Below, piece after piece: positions 9,932 to 20,665 of a DNA stretch of 64,000 nt. The stretch is from the NCBI GenBank assembly GCA_021786945.1, contig JAJYMK010000001.1, forward strand, positions 794 through 64,793, read 5' to 3'. Position 1 is the first letter of the stretch, and each line of letters starts with the position of its first letter. A program made the position numbers and the translations under genes. The notes below the pieces were generated by a model, which was not told the DNA's origin, did not search any database, and was given only the letters and a program-made list of their open reading frames with translations. The stretch is from a bacterium. Lineage in GTDB: Bacteria; Patescibacteriota; Minisyncoccia; UBA6257; 02-FULL-45-10c.

Positions 9932-11119
9932 TTATGATTTTAATGAATTAAAAATTCTGTCCATTTTTTGAGCTACAACATCCCAAGAATAATGAGAAAT
10001 TACTAACTCCGCGGCATTTTTGACTACTTTGTCCCTCAAATCTTTATGGCTTAATATGTAGCTAATTTTTTCTGCCAAATCTTCAGGATCTTCAGGGTTC
10101 ATCAATAAACCAGTCTGACAATTAAATAAGAAATCCGTTATTCCTCCAATCGGGGTCCCGATAACTGGAACTTCCGCAGCCATAGCTTCCAGAAAGGAAT
10201 TACCTAGACCCTCCGATCGCGAAGCACGTACAAAAACATCGGAAATCCTGAAATAAATCGGCAAATCTTTTTGCGGAATTTGGCCCAAAAAGATAATTTC
10301 CCTATCCAGTTTTAATTTTTTTATTTTTAATTTTAACTTATTTAATTCCGGCCCATCACCGATAATTAATGCTTTTATATTGGGCTTTATTTCTTTTACT
10401 TTAGCTATAGCCTCAATCAAAATATCTACTCCGTTTTTATAAACTAGGCGAGAAGTGGTTAAAACCACATACTCATCCGTAATTCCAAGATTATCCCTTA
10501 ATAATTTGAGTTCTGATTCTTTGTATTTTGTTTCAAACAAATCTATATCAACTCCATTAGGTACTACTTCAATTGGACATTCGGCGCCTCTTTTTATTGC
10601 AAAGTCGGCCAAATACTTACTGATTGACTGTATAAAATTAGCTTTTTGAATTATTTTTTTTCCAAACCAACCCACTAGCCCAAATTTTCCCAAAATTAAA
10701 TATTTTTCACTGTCACCTTCCTGCAAAGTGAGAAGCAACGGGACTGAAGGATGATTAAGTTTAAACAATAGCGCGGCAATTCCGCCATAGGAAGCCATTA
10801 AAGCCCAAACAGCATCAAACCTTTTATATTTATGAATATTTTCAGCTTCTTGCCAGGCTTTGTATATATATGAAATTTTTCCCCAAATACGGCCATAATA
10901 TTTTTTAGTTCCGGATTTTCCTATTTTAATATCTCTACCAAAACCAACACGAATAATATCAAAGTTTTCACCTCTTTCCAAAGAAAGCCAGTTTCGGTTG
11001 AATTTATAGGTAAAAATATTGAAATTTTTACCTTTTAGGCGACTTACCATCTCTCTGGCGGCTATTTCCGCTCCGCCCTCAAAGGGACTGTAAGCAAGAG
11101 TAAATAAAGCAATATTCAT
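9932..11119 (-). CDS. Glycosyltransferase family 4
   Basis: GGAE, VPNGVD, SEGLGNSFLEAMAA. Confidence 0.92.
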   Translation of the reverse strand: MNIALFTLAYSPFEGGAEIAAREMVSRLKGKNFNIFTYKFNRNWLSLERGENFDIIRVGFGRDIKIGKSGTKKYYGRIWGKISYIYKAWQEAENIHKYKRFDAVWALMASYGGIAALLFKLNHPSVPLLLTLQEGDSEKYLILGKFGLVGWFGKKIIQKANFIQSISKYLADFAIKRGAECPIEVVPNGVDIDLFETKYKESELKLLRDNLGITDEYVVLTTSRLVYKNGVDILIEAIAKVKEIKPNIKALIIGDGPELNKLKLKIKKLKLDREIIFLGQIPQKDLPIYFRISDVFVRASRSEGLGNSFLEAMAAEVPVIGTPIGGITDFLFNCQTGLLMNPEDPEDLAEKISYILSHKDLRDKVVKNAAELVISHYSWDVVAQKMDRIFNSLKS

Positions 11120-11304
11120 GGATACAAATAAAATACTAATATTATACGAGTTTTAACGAATGGATACGAATCACTACGATGCGAATTAATATGTAATAGC
11201 TATATTATAACAAAATACTATACAAATAGGTTACGAATTTATGAATACGAATAAGGACAAATGTGAGTTAATAAATAACTAAAAAGATTTAAAGATATAA
11301 AAAC

Positions 11305-11330
11305 AAAAACTCCCCTTTCGGGGAGTTTTT
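11305..11330 (-). terminator. Intrinsic terminator after the S-layer-like gene
   Basis: aaaaactccc ctttcg gggagttttt hairpin with A/T tails. Confidence 0.8.
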
Positions 11331-11367
11331 GCAGTCATTCCGAGTTTTAAAGTCGGAGCTCAAGAGA

Positions 11368-14300
11368 CTAAGGAACCAAGGTGATATTGCTCCATGCCGG
11401 CATTGTAGTAATGGCCGGGTTATGAGCGATACCTTTAGACACTCCATCAGACCAGCTGTATTCAGGCATAGAAACGTTGCCACTAATTGTATTAGTGGAT
11501 GTAACTTTCTGAGCTGAAGTAAGCGGAGTCATGTAGAAGGAAATGTTCTTGGAGCTTCCAGCGGTGATCACAGGAACATTGGTCAAAAGATCAATGGCCT
11601 TAGAAACACCAAAGGTAACTGTAGTTGTGCCCAATGTCTTACCGTTATCGTTATCGTAAACGGTTAGAGTCGTTGAGGTCGCTGTTGAGGTAGCGTTGTA
11701 AACATTCAACAAGATAGTTGTTGAAGCAAGAGTCAAATCCTGCAATGCAGAAGGAGAGCTATTGCTAAATACAACTTTACCAATAAGTGTACCGATGCTG
11801 TCAGTTGTACCAACGGTAGTTCCGCTAGTAGCGACGCTCAATACGCCCTTATAGATAGTGAATGTTGCACCACTGTCAACATGCGAAGTCAATGTATTGG
11901 CCGCATTAGAAGCAGCGCCAGAATACATTGCGCTAAGGAATCCTGCATCAACTGTATCTCCAGAAACAGCATTGTTAATTCCGTTAATATCAGCAACCAT
12001 GCTAAGAGTGACATTGCCGTTCTGAGGAACAACTAATGCACCCGAAGGAATGGTGAAGGTTAACGCAGTGCTTGTTCCAGCCAAACCGCTGATAGTAGAA
12101 CCAACTTGAGTGGTTCCATTCATCAACTTAATGTTGGCAAGATCAGCAGCAACCGTGGAAGTAGCGATAACAGATACACTGGTAACACTGAGACCTTCGT
12201 TGTTGTCAGCAGATAACTTGAAGCTGGCAAGCTTGAGACCAGAAAGGCCCATAGCCACCTGTTGTGAAACGGGAGAATCCGGAGACAAAGCAGCAGACAA
12301 AGTACCAGCAGCATTAACAGCTACTGTTTGTCCAGCTGGAGTGCCAGACAAAGTCTTGCTGGAGTTAGATGACATACCGGTTGCAGAAGCTCCTGTTAAG
12401 GAAACAACTGTAGCGGCAGACGAAGTAGCTCCGCTAATGGTATCAGCATAAACATCAACTATAGCGCTACCGCCAGCAGCAATAGCTATCGGGCTGGAAA
12501 CGCTAAAGGTGTAAGGCTGATCATTAGCCAAGGTTGTCTGAGTATAGCCAATCTGAGTGCTACCATTCAAAACTTTCAAGTTTTGGAAGTGGTTAGCAAC
12601 GTTAGAAGCGGCTGTTTTAAGAGTAACGCTAATAACGTTAGCTCCTTCAGCAGCACCGGCAGACAAAGAGAATGATCCGATCTTTACGCTCTGAGCGCCA
12701 GATACTGTGATAATGTTACCAACAGCATTGTTGACGGTCGCAGAGAAAGAGGCGGAGCTAGCGCTCAATGAATTACCAGACTGAGCCGGAACTGTAACGC
12801 TGGCCAAAGAAGTGTAGCCCTGACCGGAGCCAGAAACCAAATCACCTTCAATAGTACCAGTGTAACCAGAGATTACATCAGCTTTGATAGACAAAACTCT
12901 TGTCTGACCAGCAGGAATGATGTAATTCAAATTGGTTAAATCAGTTTGCTTTGCAGCATCGGAAGTAGATCCCGAAGAAGCCAATGTTCCAATTTGAACA
13001 CCCTGATCATCAACTAACTTCAAATTGTTCCAAACTGTATTCTCAGCTTGAGAACTGTAAGAAATCTTGTATGACAAGGCTGTTATGCGGACAGCTTCAC
13101 CAGCAGCGGCGAAGTCGAAGCTAGCCAATGTTTGATTGGTTGAGCCAGGAACAACGTAGTTAGCTGGAGAATTGGCATCCTTGGAAACTGTAAGTGTTCC
13201 CTGAGAAACGGAAACTTGAGATCCGTTAATTGGGAAGGTTCCGGTGGATGAAGCGCCGACATTGTAAGACATATCTGTGCTTACGACATCATAAGAGCGC
13301 TGGATTGTTAAAGTGAAGTTACGATTAACGCCACCAACAACATCAGCATAAACCATCAAATTGACGGTTTGACCGGAAGGAATCTGCAAAGGATTGCTGG
13401 ACAAGTCAAAGACAACTGTACCATCAGCATTCAAAGAAAGAGCGGTGGCGCCAACTTGGACGGAACCGTTCATTAATTTGATGTTAGCCAAATCGGTAGA
13501 AGCATTGATTGTACCAGTTTCGGTAAGCTTGACGGATTTTACGCTTACAGCGCTATTATTAGCCTGCATGGAAAATTCACCAGCCAAGAAATTGGTAGAA
13601 CCAGCATTTACCTGACCGCCAGTAACGATATCGTTAAGAGCGAGTGTAGCTAAAGCCGGATTGGTGACGGAAACAGCAGTCATAACATTGCTGAGCATCG
13701 GGAAGTTGCCCGATACTGTAGCGCTGGCGGTAATATCGGAAGCAGCATTAACATTCCAAGAATATGTATGGGATGTAGTAACACTAGAGAGAACGTCAGC
13801 GGCAACGGTAATAACTTTTGATGTACCAGCTTTTACTGTGAAGATACCAGCTGGAAGAGAGAAGGAAGCCTTACCATTGGCTAAGCCAAGGTTTGTGGCC
13901 AAAACCTTACTTCCATCCATCAAGTATACATTCTGAATGTCGTTATCGCTGGAGAGACCTCCGCGGTAAACATTCATAGCGGTAACTGTAACATCGCTAG
14001 CACCAGCGGACATATTCAAGTTCAAGAAAGGAACTTGGGTAGCGCCAGCTGGAAAATTACCAGAAACAGGATTGGAAGAAGCAACGCTTACAGACAATCC
14101 AGATCCGGACGGGGTTACTACAGTTCCGGTGGAACCAGTGGAAGTACCAGTGGAACCAGTGGAAGCAGAACCCATAGCAGACAATTTGGCTCTTGTTTTA
14201 GCGCCAAAGTATCCAGCGGCCGGGGAAATTCCCTGAGCAGCTTGGAATTTAGCGAGAGCGGCCTTAGTAGCGTTACCAAAATAAGTGGTCTCGTTACCGG

Positions 14301-14631
14301 CGGAACCAGCTCCGCTAGTGGCTACAGCATAACCGGAAGCATTCAAGAATTTCTGCAAATCCATAACTGCAGCTCCTTTACTACCAACGGTGAGGTCGCT
14401 GGAAGACAAAAGGGAAGCTGGAACAGCGCTAGAAGAAGCAGAAGATCCAGAAGTGCTCAATTGGCTTTGCATAGCCGTAATTTGTGCCATCAAAGCAGCA
14501 ATCTGAGCCTGCAACTCTTCAACGGTAGCACCGTGAACAGAAGACGGGATCAAAGAAGCAGCTCCTGAGAGCGACAAAACTGTAGCTATTGAAACTACAG
14601 AAATTGAAACTTTTGTAATTAATTTACTCAT
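11368..14631 (-). CDS. Large secreted surface (S-layer-like) protein with peptidoglycan-binding domain and repeated beta-rich domains
   Basis: Signal peptide, coiled coil, LTVGSKG...LQKFLN...YFGNATKAALAKFQ PG-binding motif, repeated LANIKLMNG; Ser/Thr/Ala rich. Confidence 0.8.
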   Translation of the reverse strand: MSKLITKVSISVVSIATVLSLSGAASLIPSSVHGATVEELQAQIAALMAQITAMQSQLSTSGSSASSSAVPASLLSSSDLTVGSKGAAVMDLQKFLNASGYAVATSGAGSAGNETTYFGNATKAALAKFQAAQGISPAAGYFGAKTRAKLSAMGSASTGSTGTSTGSTGTVVTPSGSGLSVSVASSNPVSGNFPAGATQVPFLNLNMSAGASDVTVTAMNVYRGGLSSDNDIQNVYLMDGSKVLATNLGLANGKASFSLPAGIFTVKAGTSKVITVAADVLSSVTTSHTYSWNVNAASDITASATVSGNFPMLSNVMTAVSVTNPALATLALNDIVTGGQVNAGSTNFLAGEFSMQANNSAVSVKSVKLTETGTINASTDLANIKLMNGSVQVGATALSLNADGTVVFDLSSNPLQIPSGQTVNLMVYADVVGGVNRNFTLTIQRSYDVVSTDMSYNVGASSTGTFPINGSQVSVSQGTLTVSKDANSPANYVVPGSTNQTLASFDFAAAGEAVRITALSYKISYSSQAENTVWNNLKLVDDQGVQIGTLASSGSTSDAAKQTDLTNLNYIIPAGQTRVLSIKADVISGYTGTIEGDLVSGSGQGYTSLASVTVPAQSGNSLSASSASFSATVNNAVGNIITVSGAQSVKIGSFSLSAGAAEGANVISVTLKTAASNVANHFQNLKVLNGSTQIGYTQTTLANDQPYTFSVSSPIAIAAGGSAIVDVYADTISGATSSAATVVSLTGASATGMSSNSSKTLSGTPAGQTVAVNAAGTLSAALSPDSPVSQQVAMGLSGLKLASFKLSADNNEGLSVTSVSVIATSTVAADLANIKLMNGTTQVGSTISGLAGTSTALTFTIPSGALVVPQNGNVTLSMVADINGINNAVSGDTVDAGFLSAMYSGAASNAANTLTSHVDSGATFTIYKGVLSVATSGTTVGTTDSIGTLIGKVVFSNSSPSALQDLTLASTTILLNVYNATSTATSTTLTVYDNDNGKTLGTTTVTFGVSKAIDLLTNVPVITAGSSKNISFYMTPLTSAQKVTSTNTISGNVSMPEYSWSDGVSKGIAHNPAITTMPAWSNITLVP

Positions 14632-14879
14632 GTTTATTTTTAATTTGATCTTTTCTTAAACGAATTTCAGTCGACGAAATTTTTTGTGTTTAAGAAAAAA
14701 TTATCTTTCTAATTTTCTTTTCTTTCTAAAAAAATTATTTTTACGCTACTCTCTTCATACCCGTAGGCACAAGAGATCGACCTTGCGTAGTTTCGAAATA
14801 ACTTTCTCGGTATCTTTACCCGTACGTTTATAAAAAACGCATGTGGGTTTGCACCAACATCCAAGATGGATATTTGACA

Positions 14880-14948
14880 CCCCCACACCGATTGCAACAA
14901 TTCATGAAATACTGTGAGGATATTTCATTACAGCAATAGGTGTGGGGG
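14880..14948. repeat. CCCCRCACC-family inverted repeat pair
   Basis: cccccacaccgattgc ... gcaataggtgtggggg. Confidence 0.7.
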
Positions 14949-14967
14949 AAAAAATTTATTAACCTAT

Positions 14968-15078
14968 AAAAGAAAAGTCTCGCTGTTTAGAGCGAGACTG
15001 AATACACCAAATATGAAAACCTAAAGCTGCTTTGCTTTAAGTTTTAATTTGGAAGATTCAGCCTCACACTAAATCTTC
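14968..15078 (-). promoter_or_regulatory. Candidate attenuator leader upstream of the S-layer-like gene
   Basis: Minus strand has terminator AGTCTCGCT-ctaaac-AGCGAGACT-TTTCTTTT and a competing pairing GTGAGGCTGAAT/ATTCAGTCTCGC. Confidence 0.55.
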
Positions 15079-15273
15079 TGGTTTATATAATAATTATATA
15101 TTTATTTTTTCAAATTCGCAAAACTTTGAAATTGTGAATAATTTATACAACTTTAAAGCCTTACAAAACTTATTAAATATAACGAACTTCGACCTAATTT
15201 ATTACACTTGATTTACGAATAATATGGTACCAATCTGCGAATGTATGCGAATGATCTAAACCAAGAAAAAGAG

Positions 15274-16113
15274 CTAATTCTTTTTGGGTATATAACTGGT
15301 ACCCGGACCGCTGTTACCCACCCTTTCTATCACCCCCTGATCACACAACTTTTGGAGATCATATCTTAAAGTTCTTTCACTTACTCCCGGAAACTGACTA
15401 ACCATATCTTTTACCGACACTCTTCCAACTTGCCTAACCCTGTCTGCGATTAAATTTTGCCGAATTGCTGAATTGCCGCCGCCGCTAACTGCCCCATTTT
15501 CCGAAATTATCTTTTTTATAACCGGCTTACTAATAAATGATTCTTGTTCTGATTTTTTTATGGATTCTTCACCGTCGGAATAAGCTTTTGCAACAATTTC
15601 TTTTTCTTTATCTATTGTAGCTATTTGGGTTGAAATTGCAGAGGTCGCTTCTTTTGCCGAATTAATTTCTTTTAGAGAATCTTTAATTGCCGAATTACTC
15701 TGACTGCTGCCCTGTTCTATTACTGCAGGCGGCATTGAAAAAATAGATTCAAGATTTAAATGCTCTATTGCAAAAGGATTTGCAATTGCCGAATTGCCGA
15801 ATTCTTTAATTGCCGAATTAAAAACATCTAATTCCTTCAATAATATATTTGCGTTTACGGTTTCAATTTCATACAAAGTATGACCAATCCTAACCAACAC
15901 ATCTAAAGCAGAAATACTTTTAAAGGTCCTGATAAGAGAAACTTTGTCGGCAGCGTCTTCGGTAGCAACGGCCACATTTTCCAAAAACTCGAAACTTAAC
16001 CTCTCTATTCTATTTCTAAGCTCCTCCCTTTTTATATAAAAAGACACCCTATTGAGGGCGTATGAAATTTCACGAGCTTTTTTCTTTAAAAACTCAGGAG
16101 TTATGGAAGACAT
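15274..16113 (-). CDS. Protein with helical N-terminus and C-terminal DeoR-like winged HTH
   Basis: VSVKDMVSQFPGVSERTLRYDLQKL wHTH; linker carries NSAI repeats. Confidence 0.75.
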   Translation of the reverse strand: MSSITPEFLKKKAREISYALNRVSFYIKREELRNRIERLSFEFLENVAVATEDAADKVSLIRTFKSISALDVLVRIGHTLYEIETVNANILLKELDVFNSAIKEFGNSAIANPFAIEHLNLESIFSMPPAVIEQGSSQSNSAIKDSLKEINSAKEATSAISTQIATIDKEKEIVAKAYSDGEESIKKSEQESFISKPVIKKIISENGAVSGGGNSAIRQNLIADRVRQVGRVSVKDMVSQFPGVSERTLRYDLQKLCDQGVIERVGNSGPGTSYIPKKN

Positions 16114-16358
16114 TTTAAATACGAATATTTAGACAAATAATTACGAATGAATACGAATTTCAGAATTAAGAGGTTTACGGAGACTGTCGGATTGGGCGGA
16201 TCTACAAACAACAGAGATAATAATACTCGAAATCCGGCAAAAAATCAAGTGGCGAATACTAAATATTAAACCAACATTAACGAATGTATACGAATTAATA
16301 TATACAAATTAATAAAAGATAAAAAACAAATAAAAGATACAATTTGAACTCGTAAATA

Positions 16359-16742
16359 TTATTTATCTATTCTTATAACCCTAATAGGTTTCAAATATTT
16401 ACTTCTAAAATTAACTAGGATTCCCAATTTTAAAAAAGCTTGTTGAAGATAATTTTGTATTTGCCTAAAATTATCGCTAGTTATAAACCGCTTGGATTTT
16501 AATTCTAAAACTATTTTTTCATCCACTATAAAATCCAAAATATTTCCAGAGTCGCCAATAGCCACCTCTCTTTTATAGGGTAATTTTATTTCTTTAAATT
16601 TTTTCTCAATCAGATCCCCATATTGTTTTTCTCTGGAATAAGATCCTAACTCATTGTGTACAGCAAAAAGAATTCCGGTAATCGTATAAGAAAGTTCTGG
16701 ATAAATAATTTTATCGCTCAATATTTTTTTATTCGTAGTCAT
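16359..16742 (-). CDS. GxxExxY family protein (PD-(D/E)xK nuclease-like)
   Basis: YPELSY.ITG..FAVHNELGSYSREKQY; DFIVDEKIVLELK; QIQNYL; GILVNF. Confidence 0.9.
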   Translation of the reverse strand: MTTNKKILSDKIIYPELSYTITGILFAVHNELGSYSREKQYGDLIEKKFKEIKLPYKREVAIGDSGNILDFIVDEKIVLELKSKRFITSDNFRQIQNYLQQAFLKLGILVNFRSKYLKPIRVIRIDK

Positions 16743-16775
16743 TCGTAATAAGTATACAAAATTTAATTCGTATAC

Positions 16776-17519
16776 CTATATCTTCCACTTAGTAAAAAAG
16801 AAAATGACGAAAAACGATAAAACCAAAACAATTAAATTTTTTATTATTAATTTTTTGGTTACCAAACCTCTAAAATGATTTACCAGAAAATCCATACCAA
16901 GATAAAAAATTACCATTGCCAAGGTTGCCGAATTTATAAAACCAAACGGCAACAAAGAAATGACCCAAACAATTTGCAACATAACAAATGCGAAAATTAA
17001 TGCGGCGAGATTATAACGCTTTGGAAAAGTTGCATAAAGCCAAAAGAGCCACTCGCGGACCAACAAAAACAAAACTAAAAAAATCGACAGAAATTTTACC
17101 GGAAAAAGAAAATATTTATCGGCTAGAAAATAAGACAAAAAAACCGAATAAACCAAAAAAAGATTTTTTATGTAATTCCATTCAAAACGATGGGTAAAAG
17201 CAAATTCCTTTATACCCAAAGAAATATAGAATAAAAACGAAAAGAAAATTACCGATAACAGTAAAAATTCGGGGTGGCTAAGCTGACTGATCCCATAAAG
17301 AGAAGAAGCCAAAAGAATTAGAAATGAAGAAAAGTTTTCTAGATTGTTTTGGGTATGATTGCGGAAATATAAAATAAAACAGGCTAAAAGAAAAACAAAA
17401 ATAGGCAGAGTCATGAAATCCGACGTCCTTACCCACAATAAAAGCCCGGCAAATATAAAACTCTTAAGAATTAATCGCAATTGAACGGTTTTCAAAACCG
17501 ATTTTAATTTTTGCACCAT
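16776..17519 (-). CDS. Multi-pass membrane protein
   Basis: About 8 hydrophobic segments; start overlaps the clpB end. Confidence 0.7.
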   Translation of the reverse strand: MVQKLKSVLKTVQLRLILKSFIFAGLLLWVRTSDFMTLPIFVFLLACFILYFRNHTQNNLENFSSFLILLASSLYGISQLSHPEFLLLSVIFFSFLFYISLGIKEFAFTHRFEWNYIKNLFLVYSVFLSYFLADKYFLFPVKFLSIFLVLFLLVREWLFWLYATFPKRYNLAALIFAFVMLQIVWVISLLPFGFINSATLAMVIFYLGMDFLVNHFRGLVTKKLIIKNLIVLVLSFFVIFFFTKWKI

Positions 17520-20148
17520 TTTTTAATTCTCCTTTAATCATTTTATCGGCCAATTTATCAACTATGGTCTTTTGGATGAGCCTCTTTAAATGTCTGGCTC
17601 CATATTCAGGATTGAAACCATTTTCAACCAAATATTCCAAGGCATCTTTGTCTATATTTATTTTAAAGCCCTTATTTTCCATTTTTTTCTTAATAATATC
17701 TACCTGCAACTCTACAATTTTTCTGATATCTTCCTTTTTAAGAGGATTAAATACCACAATTTCGTCTATTCTATTCAAAAACTCCGGTTTAAATCTCTCC
17801 CTAAGAGCTTCCTGAATCTTATCTTTGAACTCCCCTTCCTTGGCTTCAGCTTCGGAATCAGCGGCAAAGCCAAGCGTAGAAAGCTGCCTCATATATGGAG
17901 CGCCTACGTTGGAAGTCATAATAATAATAGTATTTTTGAAGTTAACTACTCTGCCCTTACTGTCGGTTAAACGGCCGTTATCCAAAACCTGAAGCAGAAT
18001 ATTGAATACTTCGGGGTGAGCTTTCTCGATTTCATCGAAAAGAATAAGGCTATATGGCTTATGCCTGATAATTTCGGTTAATTGTCCACCTTCATCATAA
18101 CCAACATAGCCCGGAGGCGAACCAATGAGTTTGGAGGTAGAATGCTTTTCCATATATTCAGACATATCCACCCTGATTAAAGCCTTTTCGTCGTTGAACA
18201 TGAATTCCGCCAAAGCTTTTGCAAGCTCGGTTTTACCGACACCAGTGGGACCAAGGAACATAAATGAGCCAAGCGGCCTATTTTCATCGGAAAGTCCGGC
18301 TCTGGCACGCCTTAAAGCGCTGGCCACTGCTACAATTCCTTCATTTTGGCCGACCACCCTGCTTTCTAAAGCCTCTTCAATTTTTACCAACTTGGTACTT
18401 TCGGATTCCAACATTTTGGTAACCGGAATACCCGTCCACCTAGCCACAACACTGGCTACATCTTCTTCGTCCACCATTTCTTTTATGAATCTATCGGCGG
18501 TTTTCTTTATTTTGGACTTTCCGGACTTAGAGCTTTCCGTATCTTTCAATAAGTATTTCTTTTCGAAGGCCTTGTATTCTTTTTCTGCCTGAGGGAGCTC
18601 GCCGTAAATAATCTTGGCCACTCTTTCCAAATTAGCGTCACGCTCGGCCATTTCGGCTTCACGTTTCAAATCGTCTATTCTTTTTCTAAGCTTGTTATGA
18701 TCCTCAAAAAGCATTTTTTCCGCACGCCATTTTCCAGAAAGGGCCTCATTTTCTTCTTTGAATTTGGCGATTTCTTTATTAATGGCTTTCATTCTGGCTT
18801 TACTTGCAGCCGAACCCTCTTTCTGCAAAGCGGACTTTTCTATTTCTAATTGAGTAATTTTTCTCCTGACGTGATCTATTTCCTGAGGCAAACTTTCACT
18901 TTCCAATCTTCTGGCGGCGGCAGCCTCATCTATAAGATCCACGGCTTTATCCGGCAAAAATCTGTCGGAAATATATCTAGCAGACAAATTTACCGCGGCA
19001 ATAATAGCCTCGTCACTGATTCTCAAGCCATGATGGAGTTCGTATTTTTCTTTAAGACCACGCAAAATAGTAATGCTATCTTCAATAGTTGGCTCTTCAA
19101 CCAAAATAGGCTGGAAACGTCTTTCCAGAGCCGGATCTTTTTCAATATGCTTCTGAAATTCTTTTAAAGTTGTGGCGCCTATAGCATGCAGCTCGCCCCT
19201 GGCCAAAGCCGGCTTCAATAAATTTGAAGCATCCATAGCACCTTCGGCCGAACCCGCACCAACTATCGTATGAATTTCATCTATAAACAAAATCAATCTG
19301 CCGCTGGCATTTTGAATTTCCTTTATAAAAGCCTTCAATCTGTCTTCAAATTCACCACGGAACTTTGTACCCGCAATCAACGAACCAATATCTAATGCAA
19401 TGATTTCTTTGTCTTTAAGCGGTTCAGGCACATCTCCCGAAACTATTCTTTGGGCCAAACCTTCTACAACAGCGGTTTTACCAACACCCGGCTCACCTAT
19501 CAAAATAGGATTATTTTTTGTACGTCTGGAAAGAACCTGGATAATTCTTCTAAGCTCCTCTTCCCTGCCAATAACCGGATCAAGCTTACCCTGCTTAGCT
19601 TTGTCGGTAAGGTTTACCGCATATTTTTCCAAGACTTGAAATTTACTTTCCGGAGTTTCATCAACTATTCTGGTTGATCCCCTGAGCTGGGCAAGAACCT
19701 TAATTGCGCCTTCATAATTTACTCCGGCTTTCTGCAAAACCGTCTGGGCTTCGGACGGAGTCCATAAAATACCAACTAAAAGATGCTCGCAAGAAACAAA
19801 TTCATCTTTTTGGGCCAATGCAAATTTAGCGGCTTTTTCCAAAATCTGAATAAGCTCCTGAGAAAGATAAATCTGACTGATACTGGCTGCAGCCGGCGCA
19901 GAAGAAAGCATTTTGGGAAGTTTATTTAATTCACCCTCGATACTTTTATCCAAAAGATTAAGATTTACTCCGTTTTTGGTTAAAATGGGCTGGACCAAAG
20001 AACTGCTATCCGAAATTAAAGCAGACAACAAATGAAGCGCCTTGAATTCGCTGTGATTTCTAGAAGCGGCCAATTCCTGGCCATTTTGCAAAGCTTCTTG
20101 AGCTTTTATGGTAAAACGATTGTTGAAACCGTTGTTATTGTTTTTCAT
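17464..20148 (-). CDS. clpB: ATP-dependent chaperone ClpB
   Basis: Two AAA+ modules ([16 protein letters not shown]), coiled-coil middle domain, [11 protein letters not shown]. Confidence 0.95.
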   Translation of the reverse strand: MKNNNNGFNNRFTIKAQEALQNGQELAASRNHSEFKALHLLSALISDSSSLVQPILTKNGVNLNLLDKSIEGELNKLPKMLSSAPAAASISQIYLSQELIQILEKAAKFALAQKDEFVSCEHLLVGILWTPSEAQTVLQKAGVNYEGAIKVLAQLRGSTRIVDETPESKFQVLEKYAVNLTDKAKQGKLDPVIGREEELRRIIQVLSRRTKNNPILIGEPGVGKTAVVEGLAQRIVSGDVPEPLKDKEIIALDIGSLIAGTKFRGEFEDRLKAFIKEIQNASGRLILFIDEIHTIVGAGSAEGAMDASNLLKPALARGELHAIGATTLKEFQKHIEKDPALERRFQPILVEEPTIEDSITILRGLKEKYELHHGLRISDEAIIAAVNLSARYISDRFLPDKAVDLIDEAAAARRLESESLPQEIDHVRRKITQLEIEKSALQKEGSAASKARMKAINKEIAKFKEENEALSGKWRAEKMLFEDHNKLRKRIDDLKREAEMAERDANLERVAKIIYGELPQAEKEYKAFEKKYLLKDTESSKSGKSKIKKTADRFIKEMVDEEDVASVVARWTGIPVTKMLESESTKLVKIEEALESRVVGQNEGIVAVASALRRARAGLSDENRPLGSFMFLGPTGVGKTELAKALAEFMFNDEKALIRVDMSEYMEKHSTSKLIGSPPGYVGYDEGGQLTEIIRHKPYSLILFDEIEKAHPEVFNILLQVLDNGRLTDSKGRVVNFKNTIIIMTSNVGAPYMRQLSTLGFAADSEAEAKEGEFKDKIQEALRERFKPEFLNRIDEIVVFNPLKKEDIRKIVELQVDIIKKKMENKGFKINIDKDALEYLVENGFNPEYGARHLKRLIQKTIVDKLADKMIKGELKNGAKIKIGFENRSIAINS

Positions 20149-20258
20149 GGATTTTATACAAATTTACAAATAATAAAGGGTTACGAATGAATACGAATAT
20201 AAATACAGTGATTTAAAATACTAAAACCCTCTTTTATTATTTTATCATAATAAAAAAA

Positions 20259-20285
20259 TTAGCACTCTGTCAATTAGAGTGCTAA
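20259..20285. promoter_or_regulatory. CIRCE element (HrcA operator) upstream of clpB
   Basis: Perfect TTAGCACTC-tgtcaatta-GAGTGCTAA. Confidence 0.93.
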
Positions 20286-20286
20286 T

Positions 20287-20366
20287 AGTTCGACAAGCTC
20301 ACTATAAAATACAGGGCTAAAAATTTATATAAAAATAGCTATTCTCGTCCCGAGCTTGTCGAGGGA
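20287..20366. mobile_element. Miniature insertion bounded by TCGACAAGCTC inverted repeats with a 17-bp flanking duplication
   Basis: tcaattagagtgctaat at 20270-20286 and 20367-20383; tcgacaagctc ... gagcttgtcga inside. Confidence 0.65.
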
Positions 20367-20407
20367 TCAATTAGAGTGCTAATTTAATATTTTTGCCTAA
20401 AACAATT

Positions 20408-20653
20408 TTACAATTTATTGATATCGGTATTAAGGCTGTTCATTTCGGTATTTAAATCACCCAAATTCATGGAATCTAAACCCTGCTGAACATCGGCGGA
20501 AATATTTTCCGTAGCAGCTCCCCCACTAACACCTTCGGTGCCCATAGGAGCCTTAGAGCCCATACTCATATAAATTGCAATAGCAACAACAACTAGAACT
20601 ACAGCCAATACAATTAACCAAACCATCTTCTTAGAATTTTTTTGTGGTTCCAT
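20408..20653 (-). CDS. Small single-TM hypothetical protein
   Basis: N-terminal TM helix; operonic with the upstream gene. Confidence 0.7.
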   Translation of the reverse strand: MEPQKNSKKMVWLIVLAVVLVVVAIAIYMSMGSKAPMGTEGVSGGAATENISADVQQGLDSMNLGDLNTEMNSLNTDINKL

Positions 20654-20665
20654 AATTTATTGTAA

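Noticed and set aside
12110-14568. Antisense ORFs and the GGAACCAGT repeat in the S-layer-like gene
   Set aside because: These are shadow ORFs from biased codons; the repeat encodes a Ser/Thr/Gly linker.
8221-16775. Short repeat clusters as CRISPR arrays
   Set aside because: Units are 7-9 nt, with no constant 23-47 nt repeats, no spacers and no cas genes.
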